From contig NIVC01000210.1 of NCBI GenBank assembly GCA_002269645.1, positions 1-64,000 of the forward strand: DNA of 64,000 nt, in the 5' to 3' direction. Below, piece after piece: positions 20,078-32,797 of this stretch (positions within the stretch are counted from its first letter, which is position 1; each line of letters begins with the position of its first letter). The translations under genes and the position numbers were made by a program. Origin of the DNA: Macrostomum lignano. Lineage: Eukaryota. Below the pieces are notes generated by a model. The model was not told the DNA's origin, searched no databases, and was given only the letters and a program-made list of their open reading frames with translations.

Positions 20078-21052
20078 ATGGCCATTGAAAACGACTTCCG
20101 CTTTGCCCTAATCTCAATTGTGAGCGTGTCAACAGTCTTCAACGCCCTGTTTCTAATTTTTACAATTCAGAAAAAGATTGGCACCCGTCTCTGCACCGTC
20201 CTGTTGCGCAGTCAGTCAGCCATCGACTTGCTGCTCATCGGAGCAAACTTGCTGGTTATGCAGTTCAGTAGCTACCTGCCGGAACTCAGCCAGTCAATGC
20301 CAGACTTCATTTGGCAGCTCTACTGCAAACTGTACATGAGCCAGCTCCTCTATTGGGGTCTTGTCTGCATGAGCGTCTACAATATCCTGGCCATATCAAT
20401 TGAGCGCTGCATCTGTCTCTGCTGTCCGTTCTGGTATCGTTTAAACAAGCAAAAGCTGCTGGCAATGCTTGTCATGCTGATCATCGTTTCACCGTTTCTG
20501 GTTGAGGCACCGTACTGTCTGGCTGCGCGATCCGTTACTTACGTAGACAATGGAAACGGAACGTTTGTGACGGCTTGCCCGTACAATTTCGACCCAGAAG
20601 ACGAAAAAATCATTGGTATTTCCTATGTAACCTTGTTCTGGATTTTTCCTTTCTGTTTGATTGTACTGCTCTACTTGTTCATCATTTGCCAAATCCGAAA
20701 ATCGGTTGGCATGCGGGAGAGTGCAGCTGCTGGCAGCAGAAATGCCATCAGTGCCGCCGCAAAAAAACTGACCCTGACGACTGGCGTCACAGCGGCAGCC
20801 TTCGTGCTTCTATTCGCTATGGACAGCGTCACATTTCTGCTGTACAACATCGAGACAAGAATAGTCCTGCCACCGTTTTTTGGCGAACTGGACTCGTTCC
20901 TTGTGAGCATGAACAGCGCGGTAAATCCGCTAATCTACTTGATATTCATGCCGGAGTTTCGACGATTCTTGCTTTGCCGACGACGAGTTCAAAGCTCAAC
21001 TGGAAAAAACAGCGGCGCACAGCCAGGAGTCCCCGGTGCTGTGTCTGCTTAA
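20078..21052 (+). CDS. Class A (rhodopsin-like) GPCR, intronless, orphan
   Basis: Seven hydrophobic segments, ISIERC (DRY-equivalent), NSAVNPLIY (NPxxY), Cys in ECL1/TM3 and ECL2. Confidence 0.92.
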   Translation: MAIENDFRFALISIVSVSTVFNALFLIFTIQKKIGTRLCTVLLRSQSAIDLLLIGANLLVMQFSSYLPELSQSMPDFIWQLYCKLYMSQLLYWGLVCMSVYNILAISIERCICLCCPFWYRLNKQKLLAMLVMLIIVSPFLVEAPYCLAARSVTYVDNGNGTFVTACPYNFDPEDEKIIGISYVTLFWIFPFCLIVLLYLFIICQIRKSVGMRESAAAGSRNAISAAAKKLTLTTGVTAAAFVLLFAMDSVTFLLYNIETRIVLPPFFGELDSFLVSMNSAVNPLIYLIFMPEFRRFLLCRRRVQSSTGKNSGAQPGVPGAVSA

Positions 21053-23187
21053 AACTATCTGTGTCTGCAGACCATTGCGTTTGATCTAGACTGGGTTCTT
21101 AGAGTTCTTGGAGTAGTGCATGCACATTAGCTCTTTAGAGTCCACTTTTGTCTAATGAAACCAAAAAACAATTTTGTTATAACCGTAAAATGCAGTTCGA
21201 AGCAAATGAGTTATTTTCTACTTTATGAAATTTTCCACAAATTGCGATCGAACTTATAAAGCATTGTTCGTTTCTAATATTTTGTGAAATTTACTTTTTC
21301 AGCCTGAAAGCTCTCCGGAATCTTCGACTCGATGCGTCTAAACTTCATGTCCTGAAAAACGGGTAACGAAAATAGTTACATAGCTACATAGTTATTTAGT
21401 CTGATAATATATATCATTCCATAGCACGTTGTCAATCTACAAGAGCTATTAAGATTTCTGACTAGTAGCGTAATTGCTAAATGTTACTAAAATGGGACAT
21501 TTTTTGGTTCATGAAGCTGTATTAAGATCAATACGTCTTTTAATGCGCTTTTAATTGCAGTAACTTACAGATAGCTACTAGGAAATAAAAAACTTGTTCC
21601 ATTAAATGGATCGATGCACAAAAAGGCAATGCATTCGGGCACAATAGTCGGACCCGAAACATCAAATATCCCATCATATTTTCTTTTTTTCTTGTTATTG
21701 ATTGACTTCTTTACTGATAGACGTTAACTGAGACATCGATCGAAATGGATCTGGCCTAAGAATGAATCCAATTTATTTGTCTAGTTGCATCGCTGGACTA
21801 ACCACGCATTTTCCGGAGAAACTTAGTTGGGAAACAAAAAGGTTTATTTTCTTATTTATTTTCCGGAAATGAAAAACGCAAATGATTTTTTAAAAACTAC
21901 GGTTTTTTCTTGTGTAATTTGTTTTTTTCATTAATTTATTGGTTTCTATCAGTCGAACTTCGATTACTGTAAATGGGGCATCAATAATCCCGGAAAATTT
22001 TATGAAACAAATAACAAAGCATTGCTATTGCATTGGATTGTTCTAACTTTAAAAATTTCCCGAACAGTCACAAGGAAGAGAAAAGCAAAGAGCGTTCGGA
22101 GGAAATTTCAATTGTTCGTGTATACGAATTTCTACATGGCGAAACCCCATTTATCTTAGTGAGGCGAGAAAAGCAAAAAATATGAATAAATCTGTTGTGA
22201 AGACACAACTGTAGCCATGCTTATAATGTTCACTACCAAGTCTTTAATAATATGAGCTGTTTTTTCAAAGTACGAGTATTTTATGGACAAACTTTGCTGC
22301 ATTTGAAATCCGGAAGTCGAGAAGGCGAGAATCGTCATCAGTGCTGAGAAGCAGACAAATTCCTAACCGACCTCTGGTGAAACTTCTTCTAACTTAGTTG
22401 CCAGTCATGTTCTGCAATATTTCCACATTCTTATTTCAAGTGACGGGTCGAAGTTCTGAAAATAAAAATTCTAGGCCATGAAGATGAACAACAAAGACCA
22501 GGAACAAACCCAAATCGAAGAGTTATAACTTGATGAAGCTTTATTTAATATTCATTTAGGGTTAGGTTCTCCAAAAATGTGTAGCTAAACCAAACTAAAG
22601 AAGTAAATCTTGCCCGCAAACTGGAAGAGTTGTACATTTTCCAAAGATTTAAGGGGAGGAGGGCGCTATAGAAAAAGACAAGGCACGGCTTGAATTTAAA
22701 GCTCGTACAGTACATTCAAACAAAATAGCCAAAATGGTTCGAAAATCTACTTATGCAATTACTTTCGTTGAAATCTATGCAATATACAAAAATAAAAAGT
22801 CAAATATAGAAGTCTGTTTATTTTAAAGCCGTTTACGCTCGTGTGATTACCGATCAAGTATGGCTTACGTTTGATCATTTAGGGTAAAATTAAGAAATCT
22901 TAAAAGATTAAAAAAGTACACAAAACAAAAACAATGCGCAGAACGGAAGAGGAATCGATAAAATTCGATCTAGCTTATTGATTATTGACTTTTAGAAGCC
23001 ATATGCAATAAAAAATAGAAAAAAAAGAATTTTGTCGCCATTCACTTCACCAATACGCGGAACAGACGAATTCAGCCTTCATTCAGAGATGCTTGAACAC
23101 CAGCGCTACCGGTTGAGAAGTGAGCAACCTCTCGAACTCCACTATTTTGAGCCAAAACGGTGCGCGCAACGCTAGGGATATTGGTGC

Positions 23188-24988
23188 TCAACTTGATTGA
23201 TCCGAATGTTTGCTTATCCTGCTCCACTGAAATAAGAAAGATAGTGTTATAAAAGAAACTGCCAGTGGTAGGCCTGTAAAATTATTGCATTCAATCATTT
23301 CATCGTTATGCTTACGTTTGAAAGTTTTATCCTTGATGTCACCCTGAGCAAAGTGCTCGCCGAGATTTATCACAGTATTGCAGAAGGGCACTTTTAATGG
23401 TGAACTATCTGAGCAGCACAGCCGAATCGCTACATGCAGCTCTTTGTCGGGCAATTTCTGAAAGCTGTAGTTAAATGTTGCCATGTAGTTGAACTGGATT
23501 TCTAGTTCATCGCCACTGCGCTTGCACTTGTTAGAATTCGACAATTCTACTTTTGCTGAGTAGTTCCAGTTCCAGTCAGAGTTCATTTTAAATCCGACGG
23601 AACAGTTCGTTGCATCCGAGGGGAGAATTTCCTTCTGAAACTTTACGCTGACGATATTCAGATTGCAAGTTTTTGTTCGCGCAGCTCGAATGTAGAGCTG
23701 CATCATTTCGTCAGTGACGCTAGCAAACTCGGATTGCAGCCGTGTCGTTTCATGAGCTGCTGGCACAGCCGCTGCCACCGCTGCCGCATCTTCATATTTG
23801 GCAGAGTCAGCAGCCGGCCCCAGCTTCTTTGAGGCCGCTGCAGCAGCTTGAATATCGTCGAAGTCTAGAGCCGTTTTCAACGCGTCGATTTGACCAGTTA
23901 TATCGGCCTCTGAGAATTTCTGAGCTAATTCCGATTCAACAAATTTACTAAGGCTTTCCAACTGCTTTAACCGTTTGCCGTAAAAGTCTTTCCAATCGGA
24001 CAGAAGTTTTGCTTTCGTCTTCGCTAACACTGCCGCCTTGCTTGCGGCTGCCATCAGCGACTCGAACTCGGCCTAAATGAGAATTTTAGTTCAAGTTTGA
24101 ATTCTAGCTTCGGGACGCATCATTTTATGTGTAGAATATTTAAATAGCCGTTTAAAGGCTTTTGTCACTCCTCCGGTAGTAACAAAAAAAATATTGATTT
24201 TTTATGCAACGATTAAGAAAGCTTATTAATAAAAAAATAATAATAAACTAAATTTTGTTTTAACAAACTGCTTTAATATCGGAGTAATATCGGAGTAACG
24301 TCGTACTTGGAGTACTAGAAAAACAGTCAGTACTAGAACAGTTAATTTGAAACGTGTTTATAGATTTACGTGTGAGACGCTGAGAAATCCATAAACGAGC
24401 GTACTAAAAATGGTTTGTCGGTATCTAGCTCTAGGTATGCGATCGATTTCGAAGCAAACTTACTTGAAATAGAAGTCGATCGTCGCTATAATGTAAACCG
24501 CAAAGATTCCGATCGCAGTGCTCGCAGAAGCGCATCGAAGGTTTCCCGCATGGTCGCTGTTGAGCACCATTTTCTAAGGCTTCACATGGAGGCTTCTGGC
24601 TGTTTGTTTGTCCTGTCAAATCCTTTGGCGCAGCCTTGGCCGCCGCAACCAGGATGCGCAGCTGGGAATTCTCAACAGGTCTTCGCAAGTTCTCCTTGCA
24701 CAGCGGGCATTTCGCCTCCCTGGGTCCTGAGCTGCTAACAAAACCTTTGTAGCAGGCCAGGCACAGTGAATGGTGATTCGCGCACACATAGTGGGGGTTA
24801 TTAAAGAAGTCGAGACACACCGGACAGGTAACATCGTTCCTGTCGATTTTGGAATTTTGACTGCCAGCTGAAAAACAGATAATAAGATAAGCTAAAGTTA
24901 ATCCCACAGAGAATTAATATTATGCTGCAAGCTAAACTGCATTTAAAATTTTGAAACTCCGTAACTTACCTCCGCCTGAACCGCTCAT
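23188..24988 (-). CDS. TRIM-like copy 2: RING + B-box-like + coiled coil + C2-like domain, apparently intact (about 435 aa)
   Basis: Exons 24970-24988, 24464-24867 and 23188-24072 join in frame via GT-AG. RING CPVC...CANHHSLCLAC...CPLC; B-box-like CGKPSMRFCEHCDRNLCGLH; tail FNYMATFNYSFQKLPDKELHVAI...FCNTVINL is C2-like. Confidence 0.82.
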
Positions 24989-25347
24989 TGCAGTGTCAGT
25001 TAACTCAGCTCTTAGGTAAAACACTTCGAAAGAACTGCTTTGCCGGCTCTATATGTATTATTCTAGCCGCATGTACATCAAACCTCACACAGCCTACACA
25101 CAATTTATTTTTAACGCAAGCACTCTTCTCCTTGGGCAAGCTTTTCATTTTAAACACAATTGCATTGAGGCATCATTCAGACGTGCTTTTCTGCGCATGC
25201 AAATTTGTGCTATTATGCTTTCTTTTTGAGTAAGAATGGCCTTTCACATTGATGCGAGACAAACTGAAAATGAAATGGGTTATTGGCATCTAGTAGCTGG
25301 CTAAAAATAAACCTGTGGTCTGAAAGAACACTAGAAAATTCAAGAAA

Positions 25348-25348
<1 letters not shown>

Positions 25349-25390
<42 letters not shown>
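25349..25390. repeat. (TG)n microsatellite
   Basis: Direct reading. Confidence 0.98.
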
Positions 25391-25396
<6 letters not shown>

Positions 25397-25930
25397 ACGA
25401 ATTAAATTCGGTAATTTAGGCAATGCATTGCAAATTTATTAAATATTTATTAGACTCATAATTATAATTTCGGATAGCAACCGATATATTGAATACAGAT
25501 TAAGCAGTAACGAGGCAAAGATTACTAAAGTAGCGCTCGAAATTTATGGAAATGTTTTGAAGGCCACTTTTCGTCAAAAAATACACTAGTTTTCATTTTT
25601 CAATCGGGCATTAAAATCTCTTAACTTCTCTGAAAATGAAAACTTCCTATCTCCGTAGTGTATTTTTCGGCGAAAAGTGGCCTTCAAAACTTTTTCCATG
25701 AAACATGAGTGTTGCGTCCTGTGTATAGGTTGCTTTAGTTGTCCTTGTTACGAGGCTCCAGAGCGAGGGTGAGGAAATTATAATTTCCCCCAACATAAGG
25801 AAACTTAAAAATTTTGGAATTTAACATAAATGTACAAAATAAATACTACTTCAACGCGCATGGTAAGTAGTACGGTATACTGTACGTAATTTGATAAAAT
25901 TTTAATAACGCCTCACTATTTATCAGTATC

Positions 25931-26700
25931 GTATCGACAGTATCGACAGTATCGACAGTACCGACAGTATGGACAGTACCGACAGTATCGACAGTACCGA
26001 CAGTACCGACAGTACCGACAGTACCGACAGTACCGACAGTATCGACAGTACCGACAGTACCGACAGTACCGACAGTATCGACAGTACCGACAGTACCGAC
26101 AGTACCGACAGTATCGACAGTACCGACAGTACCGACAGTACCGACAGTATCGACAGTACCGACAGTACCGACAGTACCGACAGTATCGACAGTACCGACA
26201 GTACCGACAGTATCGACAGTACCGACAGTACCGACAGTACCGACAGTACCGACAGTACCGACAGTACCGACAGTATCGACAGCACCGACAGTATCGACAG
26301 TACCGACAGTACCGACAGTATCGACAGTATCGACAGTATCGACAGTACCGACAGTATCGACAGTATCGACAGTACCGACAGTATCGACAGTACCGACAGT
26401 ACCGACAGTACCGACAGTATCGACAGTATCGACAGTACCGACAGTACCGACAGTATCGACAGTACCGACAGTACCGACAGTACCGACAGTACCGACAGTA
26501 CCGACAGTATCGACAGTACCGACAGTATCGACAGTACCGACAGTACCGACAGTATCGACAGTATCGACAGTACCGACAGTACCGACAGTACCGACAGTAT
26601 CGACAGTACCGACAGTACCGACAGTATCGACAGTATCGACAGTACCGACAGTACCGACAGTATCGACAGTATCGACAGTACTGACAGTACCGACAGTATC
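25931..26700. repeat. 9-bp tandem array (CGACAGTAY)n, about 85 units, mixed T/C variants
   Basis: Direct reading; both AGTATCGAC and AGTACCGAC units are interleaved. Confidence 0.97.
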
Positions 26701-27129
26701 TAGTAGCTACTTTAATAATACTCATGTTAATACATAAAAATGCCAGGCGACCGCTATTTTAAAAGCTAAAGCTTTTAAATTACATGTCTGAATTACATGT
26801 TCATTTTACACGTTACACGTTTCTGAATTACAGGTTCCAGGACGCCCTTGGAAACCTTAGAGCTCTTGTAGACATATTTCGCGACAGTAAGATACCATAA
26901 AAAAAAAATTCTCGCGAACCAGCTCTACAAGAGCTCGAAGGTTTCCAAGGGCGTCCTGGAACCTGCAGTAAGCGTACCATAGTCTTTGTACATTTACTTC
27001 TGAATTTCTTTGAATTAGACTCATTCATTGACAGAATCTCAGTCGCCACCTGGAGACTAGACCCAGCAAATCTATCGGTCTTTCCGTTAGTCTCTCTCTT
27101 ATTTACCACCAATCAACAAAAGAAGAGCA

Positions 27130-27650
27130 TGATAACGATATACCTATGAAAACGATATCACAACAAATGAAGTTTGTTTGAATGTTTCCCTTCCAGCAAT
27201 CCGAGTTCAAGCGCCTATTCGCCAGTGGACGTCCTTCGTGATGTCATATACGTCGGCGAACTATGGAATGTGTCATGGCTAATAAGCTACGAACGCATTC
27301 GAACGTAACTAAACGCATCAAGAGAGTGTTCCACAAAATACTCGTATTATTCTAAATAGTTACTGTAGACTTTAAAGCAATTTTAAAGATCCTTGGAAGT
27401 GAAAAGTCTCAAAACTTCAGTCATAGAATAGACTGATATACTACTCAAAGTAAAAAGTAAACACTGAGGCTGCTCAGCAGCAGAAAGAGCTCTTTTGTCT
27501 ATTTGAGTTCAGTTAAAAATCGTAAGCTTAAAGTAAGCTTGTATCCTTAGTGAGCGAAACAACACAATTTCTTGAGTTGTCAAGCAGCAATTTATTGTTC
27601 TTGTGTCCCTACATAGTGCGCATAAAATCGCAGTAATAACATAACGCTAC
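27130..27650 (+). repeat. Diverged copy of 18455-18985
   Basis: Colinear shared blocks, same orientation. Confidence 0.75.
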
Positions 27651-28182
27651 GGGTCCCTCGGCATGCGAAACGCGCGGAACATTTACACAAGTGTTTTGCA
27701 GCTGCTTCGGGTTGGCTGGCATAGTCGCATAGAAACTGTTTGCTCTGGAACTGCTGGCGACGGCTCAAATTTTGGTCCATGAAGATGTTTGCTCTGCGCC
27801 CGACTACAGGAGTTTCTGGTGTTACATATGCATGCCTAAATTGGTTTACAGCCCACCCAGACTTTTCTGGAATTGGCAATCAAGAAAAGCAGAGAAACCA
27901 TGTTAGCTTTCTTCTGCGGAATTTCCTGACATTCTCGGTCGCCTAAGCGATGCTGAATGTTTTTTGCCAGGAAATTCATTTTGCAGCTCACTTACAAGAG
28001 AACTTTCTAATACTGGCGAACCCTTTGTCGGCGTCTTGAGGCGTTGAAATTTCAACAAACTTGTAATAATTTTCTCGCCTTGCAGTCGCTATGGTGATAT
28101 AAAATTTTTTACACAGAAAGCTGTTTTTTCTTTCTAGAGCTGTATTAACTTTTTATTAGTATTGATTTTTACGTAGTTTCAA

Positions 28183-28874
28183 CGACAGTATCGACAGTAT
28201 CGACAGTATCGACAGTATCGACAGTATCGACAGTATCGACAGTATCGACAGTATCGACAGTATCGATAGTATCGACAGTATCGACAGTATCGACAGTATC
28301 GACAGTATCGACAGTATCGACAGTATCGACAGTATCGACAGTATCGACAGTATCGACAGTATCGACAGTATCGACAGTATCGACAGTATCGACAGTATCG
28401 ACAGTATCGACAGTATCGACAGTATCGACAGTATCGACAGTATCGACAGTATCGACAGTATCGACAGTATCGATAGTATCGACAGTATCGACAGTACCGA
28501 CAGTATCGACAGTATCGACAGTATCGACAGTATCGACAGTATCGACAGTATCGACAGTATCGACAGTATCGACAGTATCGACAGTATCGACAGTATCGAC
28601 AGTATCGACAGTATCGACAGTATCGACAGTATCGACAGTATCGACAGTATCGATAGTATCGACAGTATCGACAATATCGACAGTATCGACAGTATCGATA
28701 GTATCGACAGTATCGACAGTATCGACAATACCGACAGTACCGACAGTATCGACAGTATCGACAGTACCGACAGTACCGACAGTATCGACAGTATCGACAG
28801 TACCGACAGTACCGACAGTATCGACAGTATCGACAGTATCGACAGTAACGACAGTACCGCCAGTACCGACAGTA
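28183..28874. repeat. 9-bp tandem array (CGACAGTAT)n, about 77 units, mostly the T variant
   Basis: Direct reading; same unit and orientation as 25931-26700. Confidence 0.97.
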
Positions 28875-28970
28875 TAGATACTCAACAGTAGATACTCAAC
28901 AGTATTATAGTTTTAGTTCATTAGTCAGAGTACTTCAATTCAGTGTGCAAGTCGATGCAGTGGAAGTCCT

Positions 28971-29861
28971 CTACCGGACCAGAATCGCCAGGTAGTCGGC
29001 AACCCGACCGTGATCTTTCCACGTAGCGTTGATACCCAAATTGTAGAGGATCGTTGGAAAAGTAGTAAAATTAAAAAACGTGCACCAATCGCTGGGGGTG
29101 TCAATGATCACCATGGAGCCAGTATCCGTCGGGCATAGCTGGGAAAATATGTTTATGAAAAAACGTCGCCTAACCAGGGAGCCAGACACGGAACCTTCGA
29201 GGCTGAATTCGTTGAACTTTTCGTTTTTCAGATTCGTTATGGGGGCCGTCTCGATAAGTCTCTGACGGGTGAACCAACTGGTCTGGTTCACTCGCTCAGC
29301 AGCGGTTCCAACATCGAACACCCATCGCATCACAACAGATGAGTTTCTGTAGACCTGCACAATGAACTGCTTGTAGACTAGGCTAGAAATCAATCGCTGC
29401 ATGTCATTGAGCAGACTCGACCTGAATGCGGCGGGCAGGGTTGCAGCCTCCGGGTGAGCCGGCTGGATCACGTAGTCGAATTCGGCAGCAACAGAATTGA
29501 ACAGCTCCCAGGCTTTTTGACCGCTGCCGCTCTTGATGCTGAAGACGACGTGCTCAAGAGCGATGCGGCTAAGAGGCATTTTCAGAGTGTAGCTGCAGCT
29601 GCTTGAGCAGAGCTTGTATCGAGGGCACAGTGACGCAATCAACTGACACGACTTTCCGGAGTTCTCGAAAACTATGGCTGAAGGGTCGGTGGACATGGCA
29701 GCCGCGATTGAGCATTGCAGTTTGTCTCTGGTGACCAAGGTGGCAGTCACTGAGCAGTTCGGGTACAAGGCGTACTGCTTAAACTCAACTCTCTTAGTTG
29801 GACACGTCAGCAAAGTTGCGGCTGCACTCTGTGCCAACAGAAGCAATACAAGCAGAATCAT
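28971..29861 (-). CDS. Secreted protein family member 1 (signal peptide + Cys-rich PAN-like N-terminus + uncharacterised C-terminal domain)
   Basis: MILLVLLLLAQSAAA signal peptide; shares CPRYxLCS, FRSxxLxDMQRLIS, RRFFIN and LAILVR with 30398 and 35792. Confidence 0.85.
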   Translation of the reverse strand: MILLVLLLLAQSAAATLLTCPTKRVEFKQYALYPNCSVTATLVTRDKLQCSIAAAMSTDPSAIVFENSGKSCQLIASLCPRYKLCSSSCSYTLKMPLSRIALEHVVFSIKSGSGQKAWELFNSVAAEFDYVIQPAHPEAATLPAAFRSSLLNDMQRLISSLVYKQFIVQVYRNSSVVMRWVFDVGTAAERVNQTSWFTRQRLIETAPITNLKNEKFNEFSLEGSVSGSLVRRRFFINIFSQLCPTDTGSMVIIDTPSDWCTFFNFTTFPTILYNLGINATWKDHGRVADYLAILVR

Positions 29862-30397
29862 GGTGTCTTGAAGAGCCTTGAACTTAACTTGAGAAATTTT
29901 TCAATAGCTTGGCTTCGTTGCTGTGAATTGATTTCTGAGAGCGAGATAGCTTAAATATTTCTATCCATAGCCAATCAGATGCCAGAGTCGACAGCCCAGA
30001 CTTCATGCTAATCAATGGCCAATTCGCCATCTAAGTCAAGGACTTTTACTGCATAGGTAATTTTTCCCCCGCTCAATATTTTATCTTGGATTACTCAAAA
30101 TCCTGAAAAATCCTTTCGCTCTACTTTAGTAGGCACAAGTGGGTATGTTGAAAGTAATTACGAAAGAATGCGATATTTTGGACTCAGCTTCTCTACGGAG
30201 CATGAGACGACGTCTTCCAATAACATGACTAAGTTAGGCTTAGCCAATACGGAGAAGGTAAAGGGAGTAAATATACTTGGAGAACATCGTAAAAGGCTTT
30301 TTAATCCACATACACTGCCGAACAACCGATCGACCAAGCTTAAGGGATCAAAGATAATTTTCAAACAAGTTTTTATACAGACCATTAAACTAAAACT

Positions 30398-31309
30398 ATG
30401 AATAACTTTCTCCCACTAATTGTACTGCTCTATAACGTCATCTTCAATTTTCATTTTGCAACATTAACTGCCTGTAGCTCTAAAAGGCTTCAGTACAGAA
30501 AGTATGGCTTCCTGCCCAACTGCTCCGAGTCCCTCACGCTGAGCACCGGACGCGCTCACGATTGCGTTATGGCTGCAGCTTTGTCACCCGCCCTGTCTGC
30601 TGCGATCGTGTCTACTTCCGAGGCCGAATGTCACGTGACCACCGCCCAGTGTCCTCGCTACCTGTTGTGTTCCACTGACTGTCCCTACACCGTGCTCATT
30701 CCTGCCAGTGTGCTTAACAGCTTCGAGCACATCGTGATGAGCGTGAAGGGCGGCTGCGGTTTCAAAGTGTGGAACGTGCTGACTGGGTCGGCACTGCGCC
30801 CTGACCCTGCCGTTCAGCCAGCTCACCAAGACGCCGCCGACCTACCGGACGCCTTCCGCTCGAACGTTCTCGACGACATGCAGCGCCTGATCTCCGGCCT
30901 GACCTTCAAGCAGCTCATCGTGCAGCTGTACAAGAACTCCGCTGTGGTTGTGAGGCTCGTGTTTGAAGTCGGGACGAACTCCTCCAGTGTCAACCTGATG
31001 AACTGGTTCAGCAAGGAGCGTCTCGTACAGAGCTGGCCGGTGACCAACCTCGCCAACATGAGCACGAACTTCTTCAGCATCAAAGGAGAAAATAGAGGCT
31101 TGTTTCAGAGACGCTTTTTTGTCAACTTTAACTATGGTGGCTGCAATAATGACCGCGGGCTCATGGCAGTCTTGGATTCCAACGATGACGATTGCGCAGC
31201 ATACCAATACTCACAGCCGATTCCTCGAATCGTGTTTAGTTCGGATCCCAGTCGCACAATGGCGACGACAATTCAGGATGCCGAACATTTTGCCATTTTG
31301 GCGCGCTAA
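30398..31309 (+). CDS. Secreted protein family member 2
   Basis: 303-aa intronless ORF with signal peptide and RRFFVNFNYGGCNNDRG motif. Confidence 0.88.
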   Translation: MNNFLPLIVLLYNVIFNFHFATLTACSSKRLQYRKYGFLPNCSESLTLSTGRAHDCVMAAALSPALSAAIVSTSEAECHVTTAQCPRYLLCSTDCPYTVLIPASVLNSFEHIVMSVKGGCGFKVWNVLTGSALRPDPAVQPAHQDAADLPDAFRSNVLDDMQRLISGLTFKQLIVQLYKNSAVVVRLVFEVGTNSSSVNLMNWFSKERLVQSWPVTNLANMSTNFFSIKGENRGLFQRRFFVNFNYGGCNNDRGLMAVLDSNDDDCAAYQYSQPIPRIVFSSDPSRTMATTIQDAEHFAILAR

Positions 31310-31511
31310 AGTTGAAAAATTATTAGACTACATATAACCAACGTTGGGATCAATGATACATATTTTTGCATATTACCATTTGTTTGCACGACATTAATTG
31401 TCTAATGGTTTACTCGTAGATATTTTTCGTTATCGAGTTTTGCTATCTTTCAGTGTCATAATTATATAATAGTTAATTAATCTTATTAATCTTTATTGAT
31501 AGTAAATAAAA

Positions 31512-31800
31512 ATTGATTACACCTGCCCTAATGGGCAGATGCGTAACCGACAGCTCAGCCGCTGCTATTGCCTGGCGCATTTGAAGGCTGCGTACGGCTG
31601 TTCAGTCCAAGGAACGAGGGGTCACCATGCACACACACCCTCAATTACCCCAGCTACATGAAAGGATGGCACCAAATTTACAGATGGGTGAGCTGAAGCA
31701 ATTGCTCAACGACACAAACTGTTTCAAGGGGGTCGAGAATCGAACCCCCAACCTTTCAAACCTGAGTCCGACATTCTTACCACTCAGATACACGAGCCTC
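31512..31800 (-). mobile_element. tRNA-derived CORE-like SINE (diverged copy)
   Basis: Homologous to 41455-41716 and 63396-63755. Confidence 0.8.
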
Positions 31801-32797
31801 ACAACCAAAATCCCCAAGATATTGGGTAACTTTTAAAAATGCTGCATTGAACTATTATTGAAAAGGTATCCTTTTTAATGCTGTAGGTAGTAAGCCTATA
31901 CATAATTTGTCAATAAAGTCAAGCGTAATGCATGACTAGTTTGTTGAGCTGCTAATTTTTGTGTCAAATAAAGTAAAAATTGATAGACTAATAAACCGAC
32001 TCAATTCATTTACATCTTGTCAAGTGCGATTTTTTGTTTGGCTTTTGAAATGGAAGTCTTCTTTAACGATCAATGCAGAATTTTAGTCAAACACAAAGGA
32101 AATTTCTCTGTATCTTAAATAGGAACACAAATTGCCGGAAGCAGTGAGATGCATAGACATGTTATGATAAAATTTGATTGACATTGATAAGCCGACATTC
32201 ACTGTGTCGTGAATAGGGTCATTGAGCGAGAACCGGCGACCACTTTTAGCAGCAATAAAACACGCTTTTAGTTTTAACTAAGTGTTGCATTTGACTACAT
32301 GAGCCCAGCTTTGTCAGCCTTTGCCTAAAAGCATTGTAAAACGCATTTATGTATTTACGTTGTTGCATGAAAGCTCCTAACACGTCTGTATCTACTCTGG
32401 TTTAGAGTCAAATGTCTCTGAGATGCAAAGCAAATACTCTATATTAAGCAGTTCACACCTAATGGCTGGCACGACACCGCCAGTGGTGTTCGCATATAAT
32501 TTTGATGGTATTCACAGACACAAGAATTCTAGATAACTCACTAGTATGGTTCGGAGTTGGTAATTCTGTTAAACTACTTCTAAATAGCTCGTAAGTAGTG
32601 TAATGCGACAATTATGCGTTATTTACGAAAAATTGCTTTTGAAAATCTGCTTGGATATAAATAAAATTTATCTTCTTCAAAGCTGACAAACGTCTTATTT
32701 ATCCAGTTTATTATCTGTGCGCTATTTTTGACTTGGGATGCCTCCGCTTTCCCGTCATATAAGTAAAAGTAAGTCTTGAGTAAAAATTATCTTCGAA

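Noticed and set aside
25916-26725. Long ORFs (RYC)n, (DST/DSI)n and (SVL/SIL)n
   Set aside because: Translations of a 9-bp satellite that is open in several frames on both strands; no start context, signal peptide or unique sequence.
28156-28885. ORFs (SIL)n and (VDT)n
   Set aside because: Same 9-bp satellite artefact.
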